A stretch of 64,000 nt of DNA from Hirschia sp. (GTDB taxonomy: Bacteria > Pseudomonadota > Alphaproteobacteria > Caulobacterales > Hyphomonadaceae). Every line of letters begins with the position of its first letter. Position 1 is the stretch's first letter. A program made the position numbers and the translations under genes. The notes under the pieces are model-generated. The model saw only the letters and a program-made list of their open reading frames with translations. It made no database searches and was not told where the DNA came from. The stretch covers positions 200,278-264,277 of the forward strand of contig PAQI01000010.1 in NCBI GenBank assembly GCA_002709235.1, given 5' to 3'. Below, piece after piece: positions 31,254 to 41,100 of this stretch.

Positions 31254-32642
31254 TCAATCAACGTGGATCGGGCACGTCTGGTTCCTTTTCTTGTTGTCCG
31301 CTACCGTTTTGATATCGCGCACAAGTGCTGGTAGCCGTATGAGCAAGGTGACACCGCGCAACAGATAACTTGTGGTGATGGCGGTCCATGCTCCTGTCGC
31401 ACCGAAGGGCCGCAAGGCAATGTCGAGCGCGATATAAATTATCGTCACCACGATTGCGGCATTGCGCATATCTGCCGTGCGGGTGGCCCCGATGAAAATA
31501 CCGTCCAGCATCCATGGAAACGCGCCCAGCGCGCTGATCAAAGCGCAATAGGGAAGATAGGTGCTGGCCGCCTGCTGCACAGCTTCAACCTGCGTCAGAC
31601 TGGCGATGAACAAATCCCCAGCTGCAAACACTATCAGCGCCAATACCAGACCGGAGGCTACGCAAAATTCGCCAGTCAACCGGACTGCCCGCCAGAACTT
31701 TTCGACCGATCCGGCCCCAATCGCCGAACCGACGCGTGCTTCCGCAGTATAGGCAAATGCATCCAGAACGAATGCCACCACCATCATGATCTGCATGAGC
31801 ACATGATTGGCCGCCAGCTGCGTCTCACCCAGCATGGCCCCGGACCGTGTGAACCAGCTGAACAGGATGAGCAGGGCCAGTGTACGGATCAGAATATCGG
31901 TATTGACGGAAAACAGGCGTTTCAGCCGGTCTACATCCAGTAGCCGCGATCTGCCAAATACGCCGTCACGCCATCCGCCAGCATTTGCAATCAGTCTCAT
32001 GCAGAGCGCGATTCCGAAGACAAAGGCTATGGCCTGCGCGATAGCCGTACCCGCACCGACGCCTGCAGGCCCCATGTCCAGCCCAAGCACCAGCCACAGG
32101 CTGAAGATGATGTTCGCAGCACTCATCACGATCTGAACAGCCAGCGCAGAAGCTGAGCGGTTCTGTCCGAGCAGCCATCCGTTTAGCGCATAGACGGCCA
32201 GTTCAAACGGTGCACCCCAGAACCTCGCCCGTGCATAATCAAGCGCCATTTCACGCAGCGCGTTCTCGACCGAGAGAAACCGCATCACGCCCGCAAGCAG
32301 AAGAGACTGGACCAGAAACAGTACGACACCGATACCAAGACCGAGACCTGTCGCCCTTATTACAGTCGCCTGAACTTCCTCTTGATCTTTGCTTCCTTCA
32401 GCCTGAGAGGTCAGCCCGGTCGTGCCCATGCGCAGGAACCCGAAGGTCCACAAGATCAGGTTCATTGCTGTTACGCCAATGGCCACTGCACCCAGTGACA
32501 GGGTGTCGCCGGTGCGCCCGATCACGGCTGTATCAACCAGGCCTGCCAGCGGCGTTGAAGCCTGGGAAAGGATGATCGGCCAGGCCTGCATCCAGATGGC
32601 GCGCCGGGTCAGCGTTGATGGCGGGGATGAAGCGGATGACAT
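31254..32642 (-). CDS. MATE-family multidrug efflux transporter (NorM/DinF-like)
   Basis: The 12-TM protein has MATE N-terminal conservation (WPIILSQASTPLAGLVDTAVIGRTG). The start is taken at ATG 32642. Confidence 0.83.
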   Translation of the reverse strand: MSSASSPPSTLTRRAIWMQAWPIILSQASTPLAGLVDTAVIGRTGDTLSLGAVAIGVTAMNLILWTFGFLRMGTTGLTSQAEGSKDQEEVQATVIRATGLGLGIGVVLFLVQSLLLAGVMRFLSVENALREMALDYARARFWGAPFELAVYALNGWLLGQNRSASALAVQIVMSAANIIFSLWLVLGLDMGPAGVGAGTAIAQAIAFVFGIALCMRLIANAGGWRDGVFGRSRLLDVDRLKRLFSVNTDILIRTLALLILFSWFTRSGAMLGETQLAANHVLMQIMMVVAFVLDAFAYTAEARVGSAIGAGSVEKFWRAVRLTGEFCVASGLVLALIVFAAGDLFIASLTQVEAVQQAASTYLPYCALISALGAFPWMLDGIFIGATRTADMRNAAIVVTIIYIALDIALRPFGATGAWTAITTSYLLRGVTLLIRLPALVRDIKTVADNKKRNQTCPIHVD

Positions 32643-32941
32643 GTGTGGTGGGCAACTCCAGCGTGATCGATGAGATTGATCACACAGCATTTCATGGGCG
32701 TAGCGTGCGATTACAGGAAGCGAGCTGATTGCGAAAGTGCGTACACCGGCCTTGCCCCAGACCGCAGCCGACCGACAGTCATGTCCAGTTTCGTGAATTT
32801 AATCATTAAAATTGGTTAACTCGCCTGAGAGATGCAAGCGGTGGCTTATTGGTCATCAGATGCTTAAAACGACTCATCAGTAGATTCCACGACGGGCCGG
32901 GCTGGCCCTGATCGAAATTCAAACCGTTAGGCTGGAACGGC

Positions 32942-34096
32942 ATGTGGACATCAACTGTGGTATCCGATCACGAGAGGGGATTCCTTGTTCGACAGGGAAG
33001 GTTTGCCGGTATTCTGGCAGCCGGCCGACACAGCTGGTTTGATCCTTTCGGAAAACTGCGCGTGATCAAATGCGACATTTCCCAACCGGAAACAGACTCG
33101 CCCTGGGTCGATATTATCAGGCGCACGAATTACGCCCTGTTCGACCGCCATTTTGAACATGTGTCGACCGCTGACAACAAGATCGCCATTGTGCGTGTGG
33201 AAGACCATATCCACACCGTGGTGCCCCCCGGAACGTCACAGACCTTCTGGAAGGATCTGGTCCGCATAAAGGTTGAATATGTAGATATCTCAAACGCCCC
33301 AGCGATCGATCCTGCAATGCTGACAGGGCTTCAGGTCAGGGCACCGGAGGGATTGATCCAAACGCGGTTGATCAAGGCCCATGAGACCGGTTTGATGTTC
33401 GTCAATGGACGGTACAAGCGCCTCTTATCACCGGGGCGTCATGGCTTCTGGTCTGACAAGGGCGCGGTGGAGATTCATGTTGTCGACATGCGAGAGCGTG
33501 AGGTGGCTGTCACCACGCAGAGCATGTTGACGCATGACCACATCACATTGAGCATGACACTCAGTGCGACATGGAAGGTCGTGGATCCGCAAAAGGCGTC
33601 CTTCAACATCAACGATCTGGATGGCAGGATCACCAGGAGCATGCTGTCTGCCATTCAGGGGGCCGTGGCGGCACGTTCTCTGGAAGATGTGCTGGGTGGC
33701 CGCGAAGCCATGGACGCAGAGCTGAATGCCGTCGTGCGGGCGATGGCCCGGGAAAGCGAGCTGGGTATCCAGATCGACAGCGTTCAGATCAACGAAATCC
33801 TGCTTCCCGATAACATGAGAGAGATCCTCTACCGTGTGGTCGAAGCTGAAAAACATGAGCAGGCCGACATCATTCGTCGGCGCGAGGAAGCTGCAGCCCT
33901 GGAGGCACTCGCCAGCACAGCGCGCCAGATGGAGAATAATCCCACCCTGATGCGCCTCAGAGAGCTGGAGGCACTGGAAAAGCTGTTGGCAAAGATCGGG
34001 CAGGTGGATTTGCCGTCGACCGAGTCAGCGGGCATCAACAACATGCTGTCCAAAATCCTGTTGCAACGAACCCATGGCAAGGATGGGGACGGGTAG
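32942..34096 (+). CDS. SPFH/Band-7 (slipin/flotillin-like) domain protein
   Basis: The SPFH core is followed by a coiled-coil C-terminus (REILYRVVEAEKHEQADIIRRREEAAALEAL). Confidence 0.72.
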   Translation: MWTSTVVSDHERGFLVRQGRFAGILAAGRHSWFDPFGKLRVIKCDISQPETDSPWVDIIRRTNYALFDRHFEHVSTADNKIAIVRVEDHIHTVVPPGTSQTFWKDLVRIKVEYVDISNAPAIDPAMLTGLQVRAPEGLIQTRLIKAHETGLMFVNGRYKRLLSPGRHGFWSDKGAVEIHVVDMREREVAVTTQSMLTHDHITLSMTLSATWKVVDPQKASFNINDLDGRITRSMLSAIQGAVAARSLEDVLGGREAMDAELNAVVRAMARESELGIQIDSVQINEILLPDNMREILYRVVEAEKHEQADIIRRREEAAALEALASTARQMENNPTLMRLRELEALEKLLAKIGQVDLPSTESAGINNMLSKILLQRTHGKDGDG

Positions 34097-34162
34097 AGCA
34101 GAGAAAGCTGTTCAGCATTTTCCCTATGGCTAAATGCAGATTGTCCCTTAGATTTCCCGGCA

Positions 34163-35068
34163 ATGCTGCCAATTGTCCATCATCCGCTTTATGACGCCCA
34201 AACTGTGCCGGACAAGCACCGGTTTCCCATGCGCAAATATACCCTTGTGGCGACTTTGGCTGCCGAGATGGGACTGGTTGGTTCACAAGGATTGATACGC
34301 CCGGTCATGGCAAGGGAAAGCTGGTTGTCGCTGGCCCATGACCCCGGATATGTCGATGCGGTGCTACATGGAAAGCTGACCACCGACCAACAAAGGCGCA
34401 TCGGGTTTGAATGGACACCCGCCGTGGCAGACCGGGCAAGGGCATCAGCTTCGGGTACCTTGCTGGCCGCGCGTCTGGCGCTTGAGCATGGGGCCGCAGT
34501 GAATGCTGCGGGCGGATCGCACCACGCCTCCCATGAGGGCGGAGCAGGGTTTTGTGTTTTCAACGATGTCGCCATAGCTGCCCGCGTGCTGCTGCATGAA
34601 GGCACGGTCCGGCAGGTATTGGTCATAGATTGCGATGTACATCAGGGCGATGGCACAGCCCGCATCTTCGCGGATGAGTCTGCCGTGTTCACATTCTCCA
34701 TTCATTGCGAAGACAACTGGCCGCGCGACAAGCCACCTTCCGACCTTGATGTCGGATTGAATCGGGGGACGCAGGACCTTGAATATAATGAGATTCTTCA
34801 ACATTCACTCGACCGGGTCTTCAGCCGGGTTTCACCGGAAATCGTGTTCTACAATGGCGGCGTGGACCCGCATATCGATGACCGACTTGGACTATTGGAG
34901 CTGACCGATGCTGGCCTGGCAGCTCGCGATGCGATGGTGGCTGAAGCTTGTGCGAGCCGGCATGTTCCGGTGGTCGGTGTGTTGGGCGGTGGCTATGGTG
35001 ATGATGCCGAACAGGTCGCGCGTCGTCACTTGCTCATGTTCCGCGCCTTGTCGGAAATAGCTGGCTGA
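34163..35068 (+). CDS. Histone deacetylase-family (acetylpolyamine/acetoin-utilisation AcuC-like) protein
   Basis: The HDAC motifs GGSHHASHEGGAGFCVFNDVA and DCDVHQGDG are present. Confidence 0.83.
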   Translation: MLPIVHHPLYDAQTVPDKHRFPMRKYTLVATLAAEMGLVGSQGLIRPVMARESWLSLAHDPGYVDAVLHGKLTTDQQRRIGFEWTPAVADRARASASGTLLAARLALEHGAAVNAAGGSHHASHEGGAGFCVFNDVAIAARVLLHEGTVRQVLVIDCDVHQGDGTARIFADESAVFTFSIHCEDNWPRDKPPSDLDVGLNRGTQDLEYNEILQHSLDRVFSRVSPEIVFYNGGVDPHIDDRLGLLELTDAGLAARDAMVAEACASRHVPVVGVLGGGYGDDAEQVARRHLLMFRALSEIAG

Positions 35069-35192
35069 ACAGCAAACGGACCGAATGCGGGGGTCTGCAT
35101 TCGGTCCGTTCTAAAGAGGTGCGCTCATTGTTACCTGGAGCTCGAAACCAGGGGCCTTGGTAGGGCTAGCGTCCTCTTGTTCTGTTGCGGTG

Positions 35193-35525
35193 TTAGCCGT
35201 TTGAATTGCGCTCCTGCATGGCCACATCCAGTTGTGGGGAAGCGATCTGGTTCACCGCATTGGCAACAGTGGCCTGTGTACACGCTTTCATCTGACGAAA
35301 TTCAGTAGCTGTCAGACGAACATGGCCATTGGAGCAGACCCGGCGAGCTTCAGCTTCGATGTCTTTCAACACCTGCTCTGCGCCATCGGAAGTGGAGAGT
35401 TGCTCACGGCTGAATTTGAATTCGTTCGATTTTACATCCTGAGCAAATGCAGGTGCTCCAAGAAGAGCGGTTGCACCAAGAGCTGCAGCGATGATGCGGG
35501 CGGTGTTGGCTTTGAAAGTTGTCAT
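35193..35525 (-). CDS. UrcA-family small secreted protein (probable)
   Basis: A signal peptide (MTTFKANTARIIAAALGATALLGAPAFAQ) and two Cys residues are present. The size (~110 aa) fits UrcA-like proteins. The start was chosen at the internal Met, since the track ORF is extended to GTG 35711. The start coordinate may be off by 1 nt. Confidence 0.4.
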   Translation of the reverse strand: MTTFKANTARIIAAALGATALLGAPAFAQDVKSNEFKFSREQLSTSDGAEQVLKDIEAEARRVCSNGHVRLTATEFRQMKACTQATVANAVNQIASPQLDVAMQERNSNG

Positions 35526-35844
35526 GATTTTATGTTCCTTTTTCTTTTCCAGTTTTATGTTCCACCCGCTCGATATGCGCTTTGAGGGAAAGCGCCCTTT
35601 CGAGTAGGGGTGACCTCGAAAGACAATGAATAATTGTTGTTTTTCGATAAAATAGTCAAGACTATCGATAAACGATAAATGCGTGCTTTGTGAAAAATCA
35701 CGGAAAATCACAGGGTTAGCAGCGAAAAAAATTTTCCGTTTATCGATAAATTTGAGGCTCGAAGCCTGTTTGGCGTGAAATTCCTGTGCAGGAAAGTCGC
35801 AAACCGGGTCGCTAGGCGGGCCCCGATTGCGTTAACCTTGGCCA

Positions 35845-37713
35845 ATGACAGCTGAGTCGATCTCTCCCACATCCGCTTCTCTACCTGCTCCTGACATGGA
35901 GGCAGCGCGCAAATTGCTGCGCGAAGTGTATGGCTATGATGCTTTTCGAGGGCTCCAGGCCGACGTGATCGAAGCCGCATTGGCCGAACGCGACGTGCTG
36001 GCCGTCTTGCCGACGGGCGGTGGTAAATCGCTGTGTTACCAGATTCCGGCCATTCTCAGAGAGGGTGTGGGGTTGGTCATCTCACCATTGATCGCGCTGA
36101 TGGCCGATCAGGTTGATGCCTTGAAACAGGCCGGTGTACGCGCAGAGCGCCTCGACAGCTCCATGCCTTATGAAGACAAGCTGGCTGCGCTGGATGCCGC
36201 GGCGAATGGTGAGATGGACCTTATCTATGTCTCGCCCGAAGGCCTGATGGGAAACGGCCTGCGCGCGCGGCTCTCGCAAATGAGGCTGTCGCTGATTGCC
36301 GTCGATGAAGCACACTGTGTGAGCCAGTGGGGCCATGACTTCAGGCCAGACTATCGCGCGCTGGGTCGGCTCAGGGATGCATTTCCCGGTGTTCCGCGTA
36401 TGGCGGTGACTGCGACAGCAGACCCGCGAACGCGCGCGGATATCCGCGAGCAGCTTCAGCTACCGGATGCAGTTGAACTGGTCGCCAGTTTTGATCGCCC
36501 CAATCTGGTTCTGAACGCAGAACGCAAGGATGGCCGCGGTACGGACCGGGTGATTCAGCTGGTCAAATCCATGAAGGGACAACCGGGCGTCATATATGCG
36601 GGCACGCGCGATGGCGTGGAAAAGCTGGCCGAGGGACTGGAGAAAGCCGGCATTCCTGCGCTCGCCTATCACGCCGGGCTCGAGGCTTCCTTGAGAGAAG
36701 AGCGCCAGCGTCGCTTTTTGCTGGAGGATGGACTGGTGATGGTCGCGACCGTGGCGTTTGGCATGGGCGTCGACAAACCGGATGTGCGGTTTGTGATCCA
36801 CGCCGATCCACCCAAGAGCATGGAGGCTTACTGGCAGGAGGTCGGCCGGGGTGGTCGTGATGGTGAACCAGCAGAGGGCTGGTGCCTCTATGGTCCATCA
36901 GACATGCGCCGACTGGTACGCTGGGCCGAACAGTCAGATGCGGTTGAAGAGGTGCGCCAGGTCCAGATCCGCAAGACGCGGCAACTCTTTTCTTTTCTCG
37001 ACGGCATGGCGTGTCGTCGTGCAGCGGTTCGCCGCTATTTCGGTGAGGCAGAGGCCAGCGATTGCGGAGAGTGTGACAATTGCCGCCGCCCGCGCGATGA
37101 CGGCTATGACGCGACCCGCTTTGCGCAGATGGCGGTATCTGCCGTCCTGCGAACGGGCCAGCGCTTCGGGCGTGGTCGGATCGTCAACCATCTGCGCGGC
37201 GAGGCCAAGGATCAGATGGACAAGGATCTTTCCAATCTGTCCACATATGGTGTCGGCGAAGCGCTGGGACCTGCGGGCTGGCGCGCAGTGATCGATCAAT
37301 TGCTGTTTGATGGCCTGCTGGGTGAAGATGATCGCGACAATCGTCCAGTCCTTTACGCGCCGGAAAAGGACACCACGCGCAGCCTGTTTCAGGGTGATAT
37401 CACCGTGTCACTGCGCGAAGACCCGTCAAAGGTCCGCAAGCGTGAACGCGCAAAGACCGCCAGCGCTGATCTGGCTGCGGAATTGTCTGAAAACGACAGG
37501 GCGCTGTTCGAGGCATTGCGTGAATGGCGGCGCGAATCTGCTCGCGAAACCGGCGTTCCACCCTATGTGATCTTCCACGACAAGACATTGCTCGCCATTG
37601 CATCCGCACGTCCACATGGCGAAGAGGCACTCACAGCAATTCCCGGCGTTGGTGCCAAGAAAGCAGCGCGTTACGCTGAAGCGGTCGCCGAGGTCATTGC
37701 GGCTTCTGCCTGA
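35845..37713 (+). CDS. recQ: ATP-dependent DNA helicase RecQ
   Basis: The helicase motifs ([17 protein letters not shown] box), a zinc-binding RQC domain and a C-terminal HRDC domain are present. Confidence 0.93.
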   Translation: MTAESISPTSASLPAPDMEAARKLLREVYGYDAFRGLQADVIEAALAERDVLAVLPTGGGKSLCYQIPAILREGVGLVISPLIALMADQVDALKQAGVRAERLDSSMPYEDKLAALDAAANGEMDLIYVSPEGLMGNGLRARLSQMRLSLIAVDEAHCVSQWGHDFRPDYRALGRLRDAFPGVPRMAVTATADPRTRADIREQLQLPDAVELVASFDRPNLVLNAERKDGRGTDRVIQLVKSMKGQPGVIYAGTRDGVEKLAEGLEKAGIPALAYHAGLEASLREERQRRFLLEDGLVMVATVAFGMGVDKPDVRFVIHADPPKSMEAYWQEVGRGGRDGEPAEGWCLYGPSDMRRLVRWAEQSDAVEEVRQVQIRKTRQLFSFLDGMACRRAAVRRYFGEAEASDCGECDNCRRPRDDGYDATRFAQMAVSAVLRTGQRFGRGRIVNHLRGEAKDQMDKDLSNLSTYGVGEALGPAGWRAVIDQLLFDGLLGEDDRDNRPVLYAPEKDTTRSLFQGDITVSLREDPSKVRKRERAKTASADLAAELSENDRALFEALREWRRESARETGVPPYVIFHDKTLLAIASARPHGEEALTAIPGVGAKKAARYAEAVAEVIAASA

Positions 37714-37812
37714 GCTGTCAGCCCTGCCATGGCACCGGACGGATCAATTTCCTGAAACAAAACAGCATGCGGGGCGTTGGTCTGTCATAGCTGAATAACA
37801 AGGGAAAATATC

Positions 37813-38028
37813 ATGTCATCCAATGTCTACGCCATCTCCAAAATCGTCGGTACATCAGAGAAATCCGTGGAGGATGCAATCAACAACGCCCTGGTGACAG
37901 CTGGCAAGACGCTTCGCAACATGGAGTGGTTCGATGTCAGTTCCACGCGCGGCCACATCGTCGATGGTCGGGTTGGCCATTATCAGGTGACGCTGGAAAT
38001 CGGCTTTCGCTATGACAAGCCCAGCTAG
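37813..38028 (+). CDS. Dodecin-family flavin-binding protein
   Basis: The 71 aa protein has the sequence MSSNVYAISKIVGTSEKSVEDAINNALVTAGKTLRNMEWFDV...GHYQVTLEIGF. This matches the dodecin signature. Confidence 0.8.
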   Translation: MSSNVYAISKIVGTSEKSVEDAINNALVTAGKTLRNMEWFDVSSTRGHIVDGRVGHYQVTLEIGFRYDKPS

Positions 38029-38061
38029 TCGCGTCGCATCACAATCTGACTGCAAATGAAA

Positions 38062-38096
38062 ACAGGCGCTCACATATGTGAGCGCCTGTATTTTTG
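38062..38096. terminator. Bidirectional terminator between dodecin (+) and giant gene 1 (-)
   Basis: The perfect hairpin acaggcgctcaca / tat / tgtgagcgcctgt is followed by a T-run. Confidence 0.55.
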
Positions 38097-38117
38097 CTGT
38101 CTACTCAGAAGAGCCGA

Positions 38118-41100
38118 TTAGCTCGTCAGGAAGTAGTCATCTGTGTGAGCGAACATGCCGCCGGCGTCACCGCCATACAGTGCATCCAGAACCTGAAGGT
38201 CACTTTCAAAGACTGGCATAACAGTGCCCGTCGCGAAGGATTGACCAAGGTCGGTGATCATCTGCACGGAGGAGACATCCGCACGCTGACCGAAGGCTGC
38301 ATCCAGCAGGAAGTCAGATGGTCCACCAGTTTGCTGACCTGCGTCACTGGAAGAGCTGCTGTCTGCGGAGCTGGACCTGGCCATTGGCCCGATTGATGAC
38401 ATCGCCGACGAGGCCGGGGAGCTTGGTGCCTCGTAGAAGAACACGGCGGTCCCTTCAGCTGTATCACCTTCATCATCCTGAATGACATATTGGAAGGTGA
38501 TCGGGTTTGCAGAGAAGTCATAGTTCGGTGCGGTGAAGGTGAAGTCACCATTCGATGACAGTGTCAGCGTTCCTTCGCTTACCCATTGGCTTGGGTAGAG
38601 GAAGGTGACCGTACCACCATCAGGGTCGAAGTCAGCTCCATTGCCATTGTCGGCCAGTACATTTCCACTGACTGAACCACCAGCGCTGAGGTAGAACTCG
38701 TCATCCACAGCTATCGGCAACACATCAACCGGTTCGACAGTGAAGGTCGCAACAGCCGTGCTGGTCTCCGCACCATCGGTCAGCGTGTAAGTGAATGTGT
38801 CTTCACCGTAATAGCCGACAGCCGAGGTGTAGGAAATTGCACCCGTTTCGTCGATTGTCACACTACCACCATTTGCAGTGGTCCCGGAGGCTGCGACGAC
38901 CGAGATGGCATCGCCATCAATGTCGAAATCAACACCATTGCCATTGTCAGCCAGGACGTTGAACGCATTGGTCGTTCCATCGCCAGGTACTGTGAAGGCA
39001 TCGTCCACGGCAGTTGGTGCATCATTGACGGGCGTAACCGCAATGGTGACCACTTGAGTGACCTGAGAATTGGCTTCACCGGCACCATCATCGAAGACCA
39101 GCGTGGCAGCGACAGGGCCTGTAAAGTCTGCTGGTGGCGTCCAACTCAATGGCTGGCCGCGATCCACTACAATGGTCTCGTCAGCAATACCCGAGATTTC
39201 CGGATAGGTCAGCGTTATGGTGAGGTTGACCTCGTCTCCATCAACATCAGACGTATAGGCATCCAGATAGGCATTGATTTCAGCAACCGTTGCGTCGACA
39301 GGCGTATCTTCTTCCGTTGGCAGGATAAGGCCAGTCAGATCAGCAACCACAGGTGCATCATTGACAGGAAGAACCGTGAGCGTGGCCTGCTTCGTGGTCG
39401 ACAATTCACCGTCATCAGCCAGGACCGTCAGGGTGATGTCACCATTATAGTCCTGAGGCGGTGTCCAGCTGAAGTCTTCAGCCGGGTTCACGACAATGAC
39501 TTCTTCTGCCAGTCCGCTCTCGACCGGATATGTGAAGGTCAGGGAAACGGTAACGACGTCCCCATCAACATCAGCAACCAGTGCACCAAGATAAGCCTGG
39601 ATTTCCGCCGGAGTGGCTTCAACCGTTTCGTCTTCGTCGAGTGTCAGGTCGAGACCTGAGAGATCGGCGATGACCGGTGCATCATTGACATTGGTGATGT
39701 TCAGCGTCTGCGTCACATTTTCCAACAGTCCTGATTTTCCATCCGAAACAGTGTAGGTCAGCGTCAGTGCACCTGTGAAGTTCTGGGTGGTGACAACTGT
39801 GTAGCTTCCATTGCGATTATCAACGACACCGCCATTGGAAGAGGAAATCGACGTGATCTGCATCGCGTCACCTTCCGGGTCAGTCAGTCCCTCAAGCAAT
39901 TGTGCTTCGGAAACAACCGTTGGTGTGTCTTCGATACCATTGGTCAACACTGCGGTTGGTGTGCCCGTTGGTCCCTGGTTGGTGTCAGGGATGGAGAGCG
40001 TGAAGGTGACAGGTGTACTGTCGACTTCACCGTCATTGGCAGTGATCGTGATGTCGAACTCACCCCAGAGGTCAGGGTCAGTCGGGTTGATGGTCAGCGT
40101 GGAACCGTCCAGCGTTGTGAACAGTGCAGCCTGACCAGCTGTCAGGGTGAAGCTCAGGTCATCGCCATCGATGTCGAAGAAGGCTGAGTCAAGATTGATG
40201 GCAATCTCGGAGTTCAGATCCAGCGCGAAATCGAACAGGTAGCCCTGTGGTGCCGAGTTTGGCGGCAGGGTTGTGACCGTGATGTCAGCATCGACAGAGT
40301 CTTCGCCATCTGTTGCCGTAATGGTCAGTTCGAAATCGCCAGCATTGGCCGGGTCAATCGTCAGTGTCGCACCATCAAGAGTTGCGACAGCTGCATCTGC
40401 TCCACCCAGTGAGAAGGTGAGAGCATCTGAATCAGCGTCAGAGAAGAAGTTGTTCAGATCGATGACAAGTGGCTCACCCAGATCCATGGTCAGGTCACCA
40501 AGCGTGGTTTCCGGAGCATTGTTGGGGAAGTTGGCCGTGACGTTGAAGATGACAGGCTCGCTGTCCACAGCACCATCATTGGCAGTGACGGACAGTCCGT
40601 AAGTGCCGACTGCCTGCGGGTCGATGGTCAGCGTGGAGCCGTCCAGTGACGCAATTGCAGCACCTCCACCAGAGAGGCTGAAGGTCATTTCGTCGCCATC
40701 AGCATCCGTGAACAGGGTCAGCAGGTCGAGAACAACCGGCGTGCCGATTGTGGCGTTGACATCGTCAATGTCACCGGTCGGAGCTGAATTGTCTGGAGCA
40801 GCCGTGACCGTGAAGCTCACCGGATCACTGTCGTCTTCACCGTCATTCGCTGTGACAGTGAGTTCAAAGTCACCAGCTGTTTGTGGGTCGAGTGTCAGTG
40901 TAGAGCCGTCCAGGGATGCAATAGCAGCACCTGCACCCGATACCGAGAACGTCAATGCATCACCATTGGCATCGGTGAACAATGTCGACAGGTCCAGCAC
41001 AACCGGCGTGCCGATTGTGGCGTTGACGTCGTCAATGTCACCTGTCGGAGCAATGTTTGCTTCTTCAGCCGTGACGGTGAAGGAGACAGGAGCACTGTCT

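Noticed and set aside
35077-35108. 14-bp perfect inverted repeat (aacggaccgaatgc...gcattcggtccgtt) after the HDAC gene
   Set aside because: It is a possible terminator for the convergent HDAC and UrcA genes, but it lacks a U-tract on either strand. It is left as an unassigned hairpin.
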